Part shown: piece by piece, positions 9,277-20,870 of the stretch | Layout: every line of letters begins with the position of its first letter | Position numbering within the stretch: position 1 is the first letter of the stretch | Assembly: GCA_965199715.1 (NCBI GenBank) | Contig: OZ241322.1 | Location: 512,001 to 576,000, forward strand | Source: Vicinamibacteria bacterium | GTDB taxonomy: Bacteria > Acidobacteriota > Vicinamibacteria > Marinacidobacterales > Marinacidobacteraceae | Direction of reading: 5' to 3' | Length of the DNA: 64,000 nt | Notes under the pieces: generated by a model | The model's input: only the letters and a program-made list of their open reading frames with translations | What the model was told of the DNA's origin: nothing | The model's database searches: none | Position numbers and translations under genes: made by a program

Positions 9277-10428
9277 TCAGGCGAGCCCCCGGATCAGCGT
9301 GACCGCGATCAGAAGGGAGAAGGAGATGGGAATGACGTACTTCCAGCACACGGTCATGAGCTGGTCCACCCGCAGCCGGGGCAGCGTCCACCGCAGCCAC
9401 ATCTGGACCACGACCAGGAAGAACGCCTTGCCGAAGAGCAGGATGGGACCGGAGCCGACCGGACCGCCCCAGCCGCCGAGGAACAGCAGCGCCGCCATCA
9501 TGGAGACCAGCAGCATGTTCCCGTACTCGGCGAGGAAGAAGAACGCGAACCGCATCCCGGTGTACTCGGTGTAGTACCCGGCCACCAGCTCGGACTCGGC
9601 CTCGGGAATGTCGAACGGGGTCCGGTTCGTCTCCGCGAGCCCGCAGATGAAGAACAGGACGAACGCGATCAGGTTGAGCGGGAAGAGCTGGAAGATCAGC
9701 CAGTCGCCGACTCCGAGGAAGCCGCCCGACTGGAAGGCGACGAAGTCCGGAAGACTGAGGCTGCCCACCTGCGCCACGGCCACCAGCACGAGGATCGCCG
9801 TCGGGATCTCGTAGCTGACCATCTGGGCGGCGGCGCGCATCCCGCCGTAGAGCGCGTACTTGTTGTTCGACCCCCAGCCCGCCATCAGCACCGAGAGCGC
9901 CCCGAGCGAGGTGATCGCGACGAAGTACAGGACGCCGATGTTCAGGTTCGCGACCGCGAGGATCGCGCCGTCGCCCGACACGCCCCACGGGATCACGACG
10001 AACGCCGCGAACGCGCTCGCCACCGCCACCATGGGCGCCGCCCGGAAGAGCACCCGGTCGGCGTCGCGGGGGACGATGTCCTCCTTGAACATCAGCTTCA
10101 CGCCGTCCGCGAAGCTCTGCAGGAGTCCGTGCCAACCGACCCGCATCGGACCCAGCCGGTCCTGCATGTGGGCCGCGACCTTCCGCTCCAGCCAGATCGC
10201 GTAGATTGGGTTGATCGCGACCACGGAGACGACGCCGCCGATTCCGAGCAGCACCACGGTGAGGCGCTGGAGCTCCGTCGGCACGAAGTCGGCGATCAGC
10301 TCGCCGACGATCGGCGCGATGATCGGGAGCGCGGCGATCGTCGCGAGCGCGCCGAGCGCCATCGCGATCGGGATCGCCGTCAGCGGCCCCATGAGCCGCA
10401 TCTCGATCTGCCGGAACCGGGTGATCAA
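9277..10428 (-). CDS. nuoH: NADH-quinone oxidoreductase subunit H (TTG start overlapping nuoD stop; ATG at 10401 or 10392 are alternatives)
   Basis: [46 protein letters not shown]. Confidence 0.95.
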   Translation of the reverse strand: MITRFRQIEMRLMGPLTAIPIAMALGALATIAALPIIAPIVGELIADFVPTELQRLTVVLLGIGGVVSVVAINPIYAIWLERKVAAHMQDRLGPMRVGWHGLLQSFADGVKLMFKEDIVPRDADRVLFRAAPMVAVASAFAAFVVIPWGVSGDGAILAVANLNIGVLYFVAITSLGALSVLMAGWGSNNKYALYGGMRAAAQMVSYEIPTAILVLVAVAQVGSLSLPDFVAFQSGGFLGVGDWLIFQLFPLNLIAFVLFFICGLAETNRTPFDIPEAESELVAGYYTEYTGMRFAFFFLAEYGNMLLVSMMAALLFLGGWGGPVGSGPILLFGKAFFLVVVQMWLRWTLPRLRVDQLMTVCWKYVIPISFSLLIAVTLIRGLA

Positions 10429-11642
10429 CGATCGATCTCCCCTAGCACGATGTCCAGGCTGCCGATGATCGCGATGATGTCCGCGATCATCTCGCCGCGG
10501 GTGATCTCGTGGAAGAGCCCCATGGCGACGAAGCAGGGCGACCGCCCCTTGACCCGGTACGGAATCGGCTTCTTGTTCTCGGCGACGACGTAGAAGCCGA
10601 GCTCGCCCCTCGGAGCCTCGGTACGGCAGTACGCCTCGCCGGCCGGCGGGCGGATCGTCCGGGGCACCGCGGCATGGACATCGCCTTCGTCGGGAAGCCG
10701 CTCGAGCGCCTGCCGCGCGATCTTCACGCTCTCGTACATCTCCCGCACGCGCACCCAGTACCGGTCCCAGCAGGAGCCGACCGGGCCGTGCTCGCCCGAA
10801 GCGACGATCACGTCGAAGTCGTAGGTCTCGTAGCCGAGATACGGGTCGTCCCGGCGCAGGTCCCACGAAATGCCCGACCCCCGGAGGTTCGGTCCCGAGA
10901 GCGCGTAGTCGCGTGCCATCTCCGGAGTGATGACGCCGATGTCGGCGGTCCTCCGGACGAAGATCTTGTTGCCGGTGAGCAGCCGGTCCATCTCGTCGAG
11001 CACCGGCTTGAACTCGGTCAGGAACTCGCGGGCCTTGGCCTTCCATCCCTCGGGGAGATCGTGCGAGACCCCGCCCACCCAGTTGTAGTTGTACAGGAGC
11101 CGCGCCCCGCACAGCCACTCGAAGAGGTCGAGGATGCGCTCGCGCTGCTGGAAGGCCAGCAGGAAGGGCGTGTACGCCCCGATGTCCATCCCGTAGGTGC
11201 CCATGGCCAGCAGGTGGCTCGCGATACGCTGGAGTTCGGCGGTGATGACCCGGATGCCCTGGACCCGCTCCGAGACCTCGATCTCGAGCAGCTTCTCCAC
11301 CGTCATGGCGTAGCTGAGGCTGTTCGCCATCGAGCCGACGTAGTCCATGCGGTCGGTGAACGGGATCACCCCCTGGTAGTCGATGTTCTCCGCGTGCTTC
11401 TCGAAATTGCGGTGCAGGTAGCCGATGTGCGGCCGGGCGTCCTTGACGATCTCCCCGTCGGTCTTGAGCTCCACGCGCAGCACGCCGTGGGTCGAGGGGT
11501 GCTGCGGCCCCATGTTGAGGATCATCTCGTCTTCCTCGAGATCCTCGGGGGCGAAGGCGTAGGAGTCGTCGGGCGGAAGCTCCTCGTCGTAGAGCGTGAC
11601 GAGCGGCCCGCCGTCGGGGCCGCGCAGCGCCGGGCCGGACAT
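10425..11642 (-). CDS. nuoD: NADH-quinone oxidoreductase subunit D
   Basis: [39 protein letters not shown]. Confidence 0.96.
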   Translation of the reverse strand: MSGPALRGPDGGPLVTLYDEELPPDDSYAFAPEDLEEDEMILNMGPQHPSTHGVLRVELKTDGEIVKDARPHIGYLHRNFEKHAENIDYQGVIPFTDRMDYVGSMANSLSYAMTVEKLLEIEVSERVQGIRVITAELQRIASHLLAMGTYGMDIGAYTPFLLAFQQRERILDLFEWLCGARLLYNYNWVGGVSHDLPEGWKAKAREFLTEFKPVLDEMDRLLTGNKIFVRRTADIGVITPEMARDYALSGPNLRGSGISWDLRRDDPYLGYETYDFDVIVASGEHGPVGSCWDRYWVRVREMYESVKIARQALERLPDEGDVHAAVPRTIRPPAGEAYCRTEAPRGELGFYVVAENKKPIPYRVKGRSPCFVAMGLFHEITRGEMIADIIAIIGSLDIVLGEIDR

Positions 11643-12193
11643 CAGTCGAACGGCCCCACGCCGGTCATGTCCCCGCCCTCGGCGCGGTCGGTCATCTGCC
11701 GGCCCGGCTTCACCGGAATCTTGTGCCACGTCTCCGGCCACTCCCAGTCGCGCAGCAGCGGATGGCCCGGCCAGTCGGCGGGAAGGAGGATGCGGCGGTG
11801 GTCGCTGTGGCCCCGGAACCGGACTCCGAAGAGGTCGAACGCCTCCCGCTCGTGCCAGTTGGCCGCCTTCCAGACGTTCTCGAGCGTGGGCAGTTCCCCG
11901 CCCTCCCTCGGCGCGCGCACCTTGAGCACGATCCAGTGCTTCTTCCCCAGCGAGAACAGGTGATAGACCATCTCGATCGCCGGCGGATCGTCCTTGTCGT
12001 AGTCCACGCCGGAGACGCAGTGGAGCGTGTCGAAGTCGAGCTCGGCGTCGCTCTTGAGGAACCGCGCGGCGGACTCGAGCTGGTCGGACTCGATCCGCAT
12101 CCACGGGTCCTTCGCTTCGGCGTCCGCCGTCACCGCGTCCTCGTCCAGCCCGAGATGGGCGGACAGCCGCGCGATGACCTCAGCTCCAGTCAC
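11642..12193 (-). CDS. nuoC: NADH-quinone oxidoreductase subunit C
   Basis: [32 protein letters not shown]; GTG at 12193 overlaps nuoB stop. Confidence 0.93.
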   Translation of the reverse strand: MTGAEVIARLSAHLGLDEDAVTADAEAKDPWMRIESDQLESAARFLKSDAELDFDTLHCVSGVDYDKDDPPAIEMVYHLFSLGKKHWIVLKVRAPREGGELPTLENVWKAANWHEREAFDLFGVRFRGHSDHRRILLPADWPGHPLLRDWEWPETWHKIPVKPGRQMTDRAEGGDMTGVGPFD

Positions 12194-12714
12194 GCCCGCG
12201 CCTCTTCCGCCGGGGCCTGCCGTCCGGCGCGGGGATCCTCCAGCAGCGAGCGGTCGCGGATCAGATCCTGCAGCGCCATGATCCCGTAGAGCAGCGCCTC
12301 GGGGCGGGGCGGACACCCGGGCACGTAGACGTCCACCGGGATGATCTGGTCCACGCCCTTGACGACGTGGTAGCCGTGCTGCCAGTACGGGCCGCCGTTG
12401 TTCGCGCAGCTCCCCATGGAGATGACGTACTTGGGCTCGGGCATCTGGTCGTAGAGCCGCTTGACCCGCAGCGCCATCTTGTGGGTCACCGTGCCGGCCA
12501 CGACCATCACGTCCGACTGCCGGGGAGAGGCCCGGGGAATGAGGCCGAGGCGGTCCCAGTCGAACCGGCTGGCGCCGGTGGCCATCATCTCGATCGCGCA
12601 GCAGGCGAGGCCGAAGGTCATCGGCCAGAGCGCCGAGAGCCGCGCCCAGTTCACGATCGCCCCCACCGTGGTGAGCGCGACCTGGTTCTTCCCGAGAACG
12701 TTGATGAGATCCAC
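12190..12714 (-). CDS. nuoB: NADH-quinone oxidoreductase subunit B
   Basis: [32 protein letters not shown]; GAGGAGG RBS before GTG 12714. Confidence 0.96.
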   Translation of the reverse strand: MDLINVLGKNQVALTTVGAIVNWARLSALWPMTFGLACCAIEMMATGASRFDWDRLGLIPRASPRQSDVMVVAGTVTHKMALRVKRLYDQMPEPKYVISMGSCANNGGPYWQHGYHVVKGVDQIIPVDVYVPGCPPRPEALLYGIMALQDLIRDRSLLEDPRAGRQAPAEEARA

Positions 12715-12731
12715 TGAGCGCTGACGCCTCC

Positions 12732-13154
12732 TCAGGCGGCCATCCGATCCACGCCCTGGGCGGAGCGGCTCCGCTTCAGTTTCCGCCGGTCCTCCTCGCG
12801 CACCCACTCGAGGTCACCCTTGACCCACACGTCGGCGAGCCCGAGCACGAGCATCGCGATGAAGATCAGCCCGGCGACGAGCGCCCCGGTCCCGGCGTCG
12901 ACGTACGTGAGCGCCCACGGCACCAGCAGCACCGCCTCCACGTCGAAGATCAGGAACACGAGCGCGAAGACGTAGAACCGGATGTTGAACTGGACGCCCC
13001 ACGGCGTGCCGACCGGATTCTCCCCGCACTCGTAGGGCCGGACCTTGGCTTCGGAGGGCGCGGACGGGCGGACGAGCGACGAGACCAGCAGCGTCATGCC
13101 GACGAAAAGCGCGCCGGCGATGACCGCGATCAGCGCTCCGAGGAATTCACCCAT
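12732..13154 (-). CDS. nuoA: NADH-quinone oxidoreductase subunit A
   Basis: [20 protein letters not shown]. Confidence 0.95.
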   Translation of the reverse strand: MGEFLGALIAVIAGALFVGMTLLVSSLVRPSAPSEAKVRPYECGENPVGTPWGVQFNIRFYVFALVFLIFDVEAVLLVPWALTYVDAGTGALVAGLIFIAMLVLGLADVWVKGDLEWVREEDRRKLKRSRSAQGVDRMAA

Positions 13155-13214
13155 GAAAAAGGCCGACGAGAGGCCCGCCGGAGCGCGAATTCTATCCGCC
13201 GCGCCCCACGAGGT

Positions 13215-13694
13215 CTAGACGGAACCGGGCGGGACGCGCGCGAAGGCCATGGAATTCCCGCTCGGGAAGAAGAGCGTCATCCGGTCGCCCTCCACCCGGA
13301 CCTCGCAGGGCTCCCGGTGGTTGCGGTCCGCCTCGCCGGCGCTGCGAAGCGCCATCCGCAGCGGGGCGGCCTCGAGCGGCCCGATCGGTTCGCCCGCCGA
13401 CAGGTGGTGCATGTGGGTGAGCATGAGCGAGTCCCCGTCGCGCGACCAGCGGCCTCCCTCCGCCGAGCCGCGCGCCGGCTCGCCGCCCTCGCCGGTCACG
13501 AAGAAGAGGACGAACCACTCCCCCTGCCCCGGCGCGTCCTCCCGGAACGAAATCCGCCCGTCCACGGGCAGCTCGCCGCCGCCCGACATGACGTAGGCGC
13601 GGGGCCGCCACGCACCGGCGAGCGAGTCCGACGGCGGCGCCGGAGCGGTGCACGCGAACGCGAGCGTGAGGAGAAAGAACTTCCCGAACTTCAT
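13215..13694 (-). CDS. Hypothetical lipoprotein, lipocalin-like beta-barrel
   Basis: Lipobox LAFAC; LAGAW start of barrel; coding-like codon usage. Confidence 0.55.
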   Translation of the reverse strand: MKFGKFFLLTLAFACTAPAPPSDSLAGAWRPRAYVMSGGGELPVDGRISFREDAPGQGEWFVLFFVTGEGGEPARGSAEGGRWSRDGDSLMLTHMHHLSAGEPIGPLEAAPLRMALRSAGEADRNHREPCEVRVEGDRMTLFFPSGNSMAFARVPPGSV

Positions 13695-13717
13695 GCCAAC
13701 AGCCGATCATACGCGCC

Positions 13718-14419
13718 GTGGCGCTTTCGGTCGTGATCCCCACCCTGAACGCGGCGACGACCATCGGGAGCGCGCTCGACTCGGTGCCCGGGAGCGCCGA
13801 AGTCGTGGTGGTGGACGGTGGGAGCGGCGACCGCACCCGGGAAGTCGCCGCCGCACGCGGGGTTCGAGTGCTGCGGGCCGAAGCCGGTCGCGCCCAGCAA
13901 ATGAACCGTGGCGCCGAGGCGGCTTCGGGCGACGCACTGCTCTTCCTTCACGCCGACTGTCGCCTTCCCGAGGATGCCGGGGCCGCAGTCGAGCGGGCGC
14001 TCCGGGACCCCGGCTGCGCCGGAGGCTGGTTCCCGCTGCGGGTGCTGCCGGAGACGTGGATCATGCGCCGCGCCGCGAACGGCTCGAACCGCCGCGCCCG
14101 GCTCCTCGCCCTGCCCTACGGGGATCAGGCGATCTTCGCCCGAGCGTCGGCCTTCCGGGCGGCCGGGGGCTTCCCGGAAGACCCGATCATGGAGGACGCC
14201 GGCCTCGCCCGCCGCCTGCGCCGCATCGGGCGGCTCGCCGAAGCGCCTTCGCCGGTAGTCACCGGCCCAGGTCACTGGTCGCGGCGCGGCCCCGTGCTTG
14301 CCGGGCTCATCGACCAGATGGTTCTGGCCGCCTGGCTCCTCGGCGTCCCGCCAAAGCGGATCGCCCCCGCGTACTACTCGCTGACGCGCCCGAAGAGCCG
14401 CGACCCGGCCATGCCCTGA
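13718..14419 (+). CDS. TIGR04283 family GT2 glycosyltransferase (rSAM/selenodomain- or arsenosugar-associated transferase 2)
   Basis: [48 protein letters not shown]. Confidence 0.9.
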   Translation: MALSVVIPTLNAATTIGSALDSVPGSAEVVVVDGGSGDRTREVAAARGVRVLRAEAGRAQQMNRGAEAASGDALLFLHADCRLPEDAGAAVERALRDPGCAGGWFPLRVLPETWIMRRAANGSNRRARLLALPYGDQAIFARASAFRAAGGFPEDPIMEDAGLARRLRRIGRLAEAPSPVVTGPGHWSRRGPVLAGLIDQMVLAAWLLGVPPKRIAPAYYSLTRPKSRDPAMP

Positions 14420-16653
14420 GCCTCCACCGCGGCGATCGCGATGACGTGGACGATCTCGTCCACGTCCGAGCCTCGCTGGAGGACGTGCACCGGCCGCCGC
14501 AGCCCGGTGAGGATCGGCCCCACCGCCTCTGCACCGCCGAGGCGCTGGAGCAGCTTGTAGGCGACGTTCCCGGCTTCGAGACTCGGGAAGACGAGTACGT
14601 TGGCGGCCCGGTCAAGCTGCGAGAACGAGAACGTCCCGAGCAACTCGTCCACGACCGCAGTGTCCGCCTGCATCTCGCCGTCCACAATCAGATCCGGCTC
14701 GCGCTCATGGAGGATCTCGACCGCTCGCCGCACCTTGTTCGAGCGCGGATGGGGTGCGCTCCCGAAGTTCGAGAACGAGAGCATCGCCACCCGCGGCTCG
14801 ACGTGGAAACGCCGCGCCACCTCGGCCGCCTGAACGGCGATGTCGGCGAGCTCTTCCGCCGTCGGGTCGATGTTCACGGTGGCGTCGGCGATGAACTTGA
14901 TGTCGTGCTCGAAGACCAGCATGTACACGCCGGCGACCTTCCGCACGTCCTCGCGCTTGCCGACGATCTGGAGCGCGGGCCGGATCGTGTCCGGATAGGA
15001 CTGCGCCACTCCGGCCACCATGCTGTCGGCGTCGCCACGATGGACCATCATCGCGCCGAAGACGGTCGGATTGCGCATCAGCTCGTGCGCCTTGCCCGTG
15101 TCCACCCCGCGCCGCTCGCGCAGCTTCAGCAGGACGCCCGCGTACTGGTCAAGCCGGTCGGAGCGATCCACGTCCACGACTTCGGCACCGCTGAGATCGA
15201 CGCCCAGTTCCGCCGTCCGCCGGGCGATCACGTCGCTCCGGCCGAGCAGCATCGGGCGGGCAATCCGCTCGTCCAGCACCCGCTGCGCGGCGCGGAGGAT
15301 GCTCGGGTGCTCGCCTTCGGGAAGCACGACCGACCGGACCGACTCGCGGGCGCGCACGGCGACGCGCGACATGACCTCGCGCTCGAGTCCCAGCCGGGCC
15401 TCGAGGCTCGCCCGGTAGTCGTCGAGGTCGAAGTCGGGATTCCGGGCGACGCCGCTCTTGATGCCAGCCGCGGCGACCGCCGGAGCCTCCCACAGGAGCA
15501 CCCGGGAGTCGAAGGGCGACGGGATCAGGTACTCGGGTCCGAACTGCATCCGCTCCTTGCCGTGGGCGCGGATGACCGAGTCGGGCACGTCCTCCTTGGT
15601 GAGGGCGGCGAGCGCCCGGGCGGCGGCGAGCTTCATCTCCATGTTGATGGCGCGGGCCCGCACGTCGAGCGCGCCCCGGAAGATGAAGGGGAAGCCGAGG
15701 ACGTTGTTCACCTGGTTCGGGTAGTCGGACCGGCCGGTGGCCATGAAGACGTCCTGGCGGGCGTCCATGGCGTCCTCCCAGGTGATCTCCGGATCCGGAT
15801 TGGCCATCGCCATGACCAGCGGGCGGTCGTTCATGGAGACGACCATCTCCTTCGAGACCGCGTCCTTGACCGACAGCCCCATGAACACGTCGGCCCCGCG
15901 CATCGCGTCGTCCAGCGTGCGCATCGAGGTGTCGAGGGCGTACCGCTGCTTGAACTCGTTCATGCCCGACGAGCGGCCGGCGTAGATGACCCCTCTGGAG
16001 TCGCACATGACCACGTGCTCGTGGCGCACGCCCAGTTGCTCGGCGAGCTCGGCGCAGGCGATTCCGGCGGCCCCCGCCCCGTTGATGACGACGCGGACGT
16101 CGGCGGGATCCTTGCCGGTGAGCTCCAGCCAGCTCAGGAACGCCGCGCCGGAGATGATCGCGGTGCCGTGCTGGTCGTCGTGGAAGACCGGGATGTCCAT
16201 TTCGGCGCAGAGGCGCGATTCGACGTGGAAGCAGTCGGGGGCCTTGATGTCCTCCAGATTGATGCCGCCGAACGTCGGCTCGAGCGCCTTGACCACCTCG
16301 CAGACCTGATCGGGATTGGTGACGTTGAGCTCGATGTCGAACACGTCGATGTCGGCGAACCGCTTGAAGAGAACGCCCTTCCCCTCCATCACCGGCTTGG
16401 CGGCGAGCGGCCCGATGTTCCCGAGCCCGAGGACGGCCGACCCCGTGCTCACGACGGCGACGAGATTTCCCTTGGCGGTGTAGTCGAAGACCCGCTCGGG
16501 ATCCTTGTGGATCTCGCGGCACGGCTCGGCCACGCCGGGGCTGTAGGCGAGCGAGAGATCGCGCTGGGTGCTCGTGGGCTTGGTGGGCCGGACCTCCACC
16601 TTCCCCGGACGGCGGCCGAGGTGGTAATCGAGTGCGTCCTGCTTGCGGATCAA
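14374..16653 (-). CDS. maeB: NADP-dependent malic enzyme with phosphotransacetylase-like C-terminal domain
   Basis: [46 protein letters not shown]; GAGGAGG RBS with TTG start. Confidence 0.96.
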   Translation of the reverse strand: MIRKQDALDYHLGRRPGKVEVRPTKPTSTQRDLSLAYSPGVAEPCREIHKDPERVFDYTAKGNLVAVVSTGSAVLGLGNIGPLAAKPVMEGKGVLFKRFADIDVFDIELNVTNPDQVCEVVKALEPTFGGINLEDIKAPDCFHVESRLCAEMDIPVFHDDQHGTAIISGAAFLSWLELTGKDPADVRVVINGAGAAGIACAELAEQLGVRHEHVVMCDSRGVIYAGRSSGMNEFKQRYALDTSMRTLDDAMRGADVFMGLSVKDAVSKEMVVSMNDRPLVMAMANPDPEITWEDAMDARQDVFMATGRSDYPNQVNNVLGFPFIFRGALDVRARAINMEMKLAAARALAALTKEDVPDSVIRAHGKERMQFGPEYLIPSPFDSRVLLWEAPAVAAAGIKSGVARNPDFDLDDYRASLEARLGLEREVMSRVAVRARESVRSVVLPEGEHPSILRAAQRVLDERIARPMLLGRSDVIARRTAELGVDLSGAEVVDVDRSDRLDQYAGVLLKLRERRGVDTGKAHELMRNPTVFGAMMVHRGDADSMVAGVAQSYPDTIRPALQIVGKREDVRKVAGVYMLVFEHDIKFIADATVNIDPTAEELADIAVQAAEVARRFHVEPRVAMLSFSNFGSAPHPRSNKVRRAVEILHEREPDLIVDGEMQADTAVVDELLGTFSFSQLDRAANVLVFPSLEAGNVAYKLLQRLGGAEAVGPILTGLRRPVHVLQRGSDVDEIVHVIAIAAVEAQGMAGSRLFGRVSE

Positions 16654-16791
16654 GGGATTCCCTCCTCGGGACCGATCCGGCTGCGCTCCGCCAGAACGGG
16701 GCCGCGGCGAGCCGGTGAGGATCTGCCCGCCCCGCGGGGCCGGTCGAATGTGGCCGGAAGTCTAATGGCGCGGGCGTGGCATCATCGGGCG

Positions 16792-18309
16792 ATGGGCGAC
16801 GGCGGAGCGACGATCGGCTACGAGGCCGAGCTCTGGGCGATGGCGGAAGAGTTCCGCGTCTCCATGGAACCGGCCGAGTACAAGCACGTCGTCCTCGGGT
16901 TGATCTTCCTGAAGTACATCTCCGACGCGTTCGAGGAGCGCCGCGCCGCGTTGGCCGCCGAGCACGGCGACGTGGTGGCCGAGGATCGCGACGAGTATCT
17001 GGCCGACAACGTCTTGTGGGTCCCATCCGCGGCTCGGTGGGCGAAGCTCAAGGCCGCGGCGCGGCAGCCTGGGATCGGCGAGACCGTGGATCGAGCCATG
17101 GACGCGATCGAGCGGCAGAACCCGAAGCTCAAGGACGTGTTGCCAAAGGGTTACGCGCGCCCTGCCCTCAGCAAGAAGGACCTCGGAGGCCCTATCGACA
17201 TCGTCAGCAACATCCGGGTGGGGGACGGCGACGCCCGCTCCCGGGACGTGCTCGGCCGCATTTACGAGTACTTCCTTTCCCGCTTCGCGAGCGCCGAGGG
17301 AAAGAAGGGCGGCGAGTTCTACACGCCCCGTTGCATCGTCCGGCTGCTGGTCAAGATGCTGGAGCCCTACTCGGGGCGGGTTTACGACCCCTGCCGTGGC
17401 TCGGCGGGCATGTTCGTGCAGTCGGTTGAGTTCCTGCGGGCGCACTCCCGAGGCGACGGCGCCGCCATCAGCACCTATGGGCAGGAGTCCAAACACACGA
17501 CGTGGCGGCTCGCGAACATGAACCTCGCCATTCGGGGAATCGAAGGCCAGATCGCCCACGGCGACAGTTTCGGCAACGACCGACATCCCGACCTGAAGGC
17601 CGACTGCATCCTCGCCAACCCGCCGTTCAACCTCAAGAAATGGGGCGGCGACCAACTGACCGAGGACCAGCGGTGGCAGTGGGGAGTCCCGCCCAAGGGC
17701 AACGCCAACTTCGCGTGGGTCCAGCACATGGTCCACCATCTCGCCCCCGGCGGCACGGCGGGATTCGTGCTGGCGAACGGCTCCATGTCATCGGCGCAGT
17801 CGGGCGAGGGCGAGATCCGGAAAACGCTGATCGAGGCGGGTCTCGTGGAATGCATGGTGGCGCTGCCGGGGCAACTGTTCTACTCGACGCAGATCCCGGC
17901 GTGCCTCTGGTTCGTGGCGCGGGACCGCCCCCGATCCGGCGAGGTTCTCTTCATCGACGCCCGCAAGCTGGGCCGCATGGTGGACCGCACCCACCGGGAG
18001 TTGACCGACGACGAGATCGCCCGAATCGCAGCGACCTACCGAGCGTGGAGAAAGGGCGACAGCGCCTACGAGGACGAGCCGGGCTTCTGCCGCAGCGCCC
18101 CACTCGACGAGGTGCGCAAGCACGACCACGTGCTGACGCCCGGCCGGTACGTCGGGGCTCCGCCGCCAGAGGACGACGGCGAGCCGTTCGACGAGAAGAT
18201 GCGCCGGCTCGTCGGCGAGCTCAAGGAGCAGCGGGCCGAGGCGGCGAGGCTGGATCAGGCGATCGAGCGGAACCTCCGGGCGCTGGACTTCTGGGACGGC
18301 CCGGCGTGA
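16792..18309 (+). CDS. hsdM: Type I restriction-modification methyltransferase subunit M (orphan, possibly decaying)
   Basis: [23 protein letters not shown], motif [11 protein letters not shown], motif [14 protein letters not shown]. Confidence 0.92.
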   Translation: MGDGGATIGYEAELWAMAEEFRVSMEPAEYKHVVLGLIFLKYISDAFEERRAALAAEHGDVVAEDRDEYLADNVLWVPSAARWAKLKAAARQPGIGETVDRAMDAIERQNPKLKDVLPKGYARPALSKKDLGGPIDIVSNIRVGDGDARSRDVLGRIYEYFLSRFASAEGKKGGEFYTPRCIVRLLVKMLEPYSGRVYDPCRGSAGMFVQSVEFLRAHSRGDGAAISTYGQESKHTTWRLANMNLAIRGIEGQIAHGDSFGNDRHPDLKADCILANPPFNLKKWGGDQLTEDQRWQWGVPPKGNANFAWVQHMVHHLAPGGTAGFVLANGSMSSAQSGEGEIRKTLIEAGLVECMVALPGQLFYSTQIPACLWFVARDRPRSGEVLFIDARKLGRMVDRTHRELTDDEIARIAATYRAWRKGDSAYEDEPGFCRSAPLDEVRKHDHVLTPGRYVGAPPPEDDGEPFDEKMRRLVGELKEQRAEAARLDQAIERNLRALDFWDGPA

Positions 18310-18335
18310 CGTTTGGATTGCGCTTTCGTCCCTAG

Positions 18336-18450
18336 AGTGCGACACAACGCTCGTTGCATGGCGCAAGTGCGAGACAATCCAGTTTGCGTCGCACTTATAC
18401 GCTCAAAACGCAATATAATCGCCGTTGCGTTGCAAGAGTGCGAGATAACG
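18336..18450. promoter_or_regulatory. Operator-like repeat array and TATAAT box upstream of fic
   Basis: AGTGCGA(C/G)R(C/T)AA at 18336, 18366, 18437 and inverted at 18382-18395; TATAAT 18414-18419. Confidence 0.55.
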
Positions 18451-18467
18451 ATCAGCCGCGCCCCCTG

Positions 18468-19580
18468 ATGGTGCCGGTCACCTACCAGACGGGCCGGTTC
18501 CCCCCTGACCACCGCCTCGATTGGCCGCGTCTGGTCCCGCTTCTCGGCCCTGCCGTCGCCGCCGTCGCCCGGTATGACGGCATCATCGCGGCCATCCCCA
18601 ATCCGGACGTGTTGCTCGCCCCGCTCGGGCTGCAGGAGGCCGTGCTGTCCTCCCGCATCGAGGGAACGCAGGCGACGCTCGGCGACGTGCTCGAGTACGA
18701 AGCCGGGCACGAGCCGGAATCCCCGACCCGAAAGCTGGACGTACAGGAGGTCCTGAACTACCACCTCGCGATGCAGCGGGCGGTGACCCTGCTGAAGGAC
18801 CTTCCGCTCTCCCAACGCGTCCTTCGCGAGACGCACCGAGTCCTGCTGGACGGAGTGCGCGGCGACGGCAAGGCGCCCGGGGAATACCGAGTCGTTCCGA
18901 ACTGGATCGGCCCACCGGGGCGCTCCATCGAGGAGGCGACGTTCGTGCCGATCGATGCCGGAGCGCTGCCGGACGCGATGAGCGCTTGGGAGGCTTACAT
19001 GCATTCGAACGCTCCCGATCGTTTGGTGCAGATGGCCATCCTGCACGCCGAGTTCGAGGCGCTCCACCCCTTCCTTGACGGCAATGGACGGCTCGGACGG
19101 ATGCTGATTCCCCTGTTCCTGTGGCGGCGCGGACTGATCGGCGCACCCTCGTTCTACATCAGCGCGTGGCTCGAGGCCCGCCGCAACGACTACTACGAGA
19201 GACTGCTGGCGGTGTCGCGAGACGACGACTGGACGGGCTGGTGCGAGTTTTTCCTGGAGGGAGTGCGGGCGCAGGCGGAGGACAACCTGGCTCGGGCCGA
19301 GAGCATCCTCACGCTCTACGAAGGGATGAAGCGCCGCATGGCCGAGCTGACCCGATCGCGCTACGCGATCCACGCGCTTGACTGGATCTTCCGCTACCCC
19401 ATCTTTCGGAGCACCCGCTTCGTCGCCGAAGCCGGCATCCCGTCGCACTCGGCCTGGCGCATCCTGAAGACCCTGCGTTCGGCGGGCGTCGTCCGCACGC
19501 TGGTCGCCGGAAGCGGACGGCGTTCGCCCATCCTGGATTTTCCAGAGCTCAGGCGGATCGCCGAGGGGAACCGACCATGA
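18468..19580 (+). CDS. Fic family protein (Fic_N + Fic + C-terminal HTH; class II with intramolecular inhibitory motif)
   Basis: HPFLDGNGRLGR Fic motif; SSRIEGT inhibitory motif. Confidence 0.92.
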   Translation: MVPVTYQTGRFPPDHRLDWPRLVPLLGPAVAAVARYDGIIAAIPNPDVLLAPLGLQEAVLSSRIEGTQATLGDVLEYEAGHEPESPTRKLDVQEVLNYHLAMQRAVTLLKDLPLSQRVLRETHRVLLDGVRGDGKAPGEYRVVPNWIGPPGRSIEEATFVPIDAGALPDAMSAWEAYMHSNAPDRLVQMAILHAEFEALHPFLDGNGRLGRMLIPLFLWRRGLIGAPSFYISAWLEARRNDYYERLLAVSRDDDWTGWCEFFLEGVRAQAEDNLARAESILTLYEGMKRRMAELTRSRYAIHALDWIFRYPIFRSTRFVAEAGIPSHSAWRILKTLRSAGVVRTLVAGSGRRSPILDFPELRRIAEGNRP

Positions 19581-20718
19581 GACCCACCGACGCCCACATC
19601 GAGCGCCAGTTGCGGCTGGGAGAGGGACAACCGTTGGGCGTTCCACCGCAGCGCATGCGCCAGCGATCGCCTCGCCGACGAGATCGGCGCGTTCGCCAAT
19701 GAGGACGGCGGCGTACTGCTGTGCGGCGTCACCGACTGCGGCGAGGTCGTCGGAATGTCCCGCGGGCAACTGGATTCCCTCGAGCGTCAAATGGTCGAGA
19801 TCGGCGAGAACTCGATCCGACCGCCGCTCCCGCTCTTCATCACGCGGCGGGAACTCCACCCCGGCAAGGCGTTCCTCGTGGTCGAGGTCCCACGGGGACG
19901 CACGCTCCACGAGAGCCCCGGCGGCGCGTTTCGGCGAACGGGTAGCTCGAAGCGGCGCATGGGCTCGGACGAACGGCTCCGCTTGGCGCAGCGCCGGGCT
20001 AAGGCGCGTTTCGCGTGGTTCGACCGTCAGCCCGTGCCCAGCACGGGGTTCCGCACGCTGGAGGAGGAGCTGTGGCGGCCCCTGATCGGCGATGAGGGAG
20101 CGACGAATCCCGAAGACGCCCTGCGGCAGTTAAACCTGGTGACCGAGGACGAAGCTGGAGCCTCGCGGGCCTCCGTCGCCGGAGTGTTGCTCTGCGCCGA
20201 GAAGCCCCACACATGGCTGACGCAAGCCCGGATCGTCGCCACCTGCTACGAAGGCGGCGATCGCGCCTCGCGCCAGTTGGACGCGTTTGAGATCACCGGC
20301 CCGCTGCCCTGTCAGATCAGTGACGGGATGCACTTCGTGCGCCGCAACGTGCGCATGGACCCGCCGCAGTACAGCCTGCGAGCCGTATTCGAGGCCGTCG
20401 TGAACGCGGTGGCGCACCGGGACTACTCCATCAAGGAGCGCCGCATTCGCCTCTCCATGTTTCGTGATCGTCTGGAGCTCAGTTCTCCGGGCGAAATGCC
20501 CGAACGGCCAGCGACGCGCAACGAGACTCTGACCTCGATCCTCCGTCGCACGGCGGTCGGCAGCGTCCACGGCGCGGGAGAGGCGTTCCTTCATGGGCGT
20601 CAGCGGCGACGGCATTCGCATCATCCAGCGGGAGACCGCCGATCTCTCCGGCCAGGAGGTGCGGTATCGCCTCGTGGACGGCAGGGAACTGCAAGTGACG
20701 CTGCCCGCCTCGACATGA
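19577..20718 (+). pseudogene. AlbA_2 (Schlafen-like) + HATPase_c_4 protein, two frameshifts
   Basis: MRPTDAHIERQLRLGE / DNRW..DEIGAFANEDGGVLLCGV..FEAVVNAVAHRDYS..SPG / FMG..GDGIRII..ELQVTLPAST*; frame changes near 19625 and 20580. Confidence 0.8.
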
Positions 20719-20870
20719 CCGCACCCCTCCACTACCGCCCGGGCGCCTTCCCGCCGGATGACCGCATCGACTGGGGGCGCCTCGTTCCGCTGCTCGGCCC
20801 CACCGCCGCAGCCATCGGCCGCTACGACGGCTTCCTGAGTGCCTGTCCGAACCCTGAGGTACTCCGAGAA
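20715..20870 (+). pseudogene. N-terminal stub of a second Fic paralog
   Basis: MTAPLHYRPGAFPPDDRIDWGRLVPLLGPTAAAIGRYDG..PNPEVL aligns with the first about 50 aa of the Fic at 18468. Confidence 0.8.

Noticed and set aside
13648-18309. 1553-aa ORF
   Set aside because: Antisense shadow of maeB running in frame into hsdM; the real gene starts at ATG 16792 behind a -10 box.
18336-18450. CRISPR array or iteron origin
   Set aside because: Repeats are short, irregularly spaced and in both orientations; no cas or rep gene.
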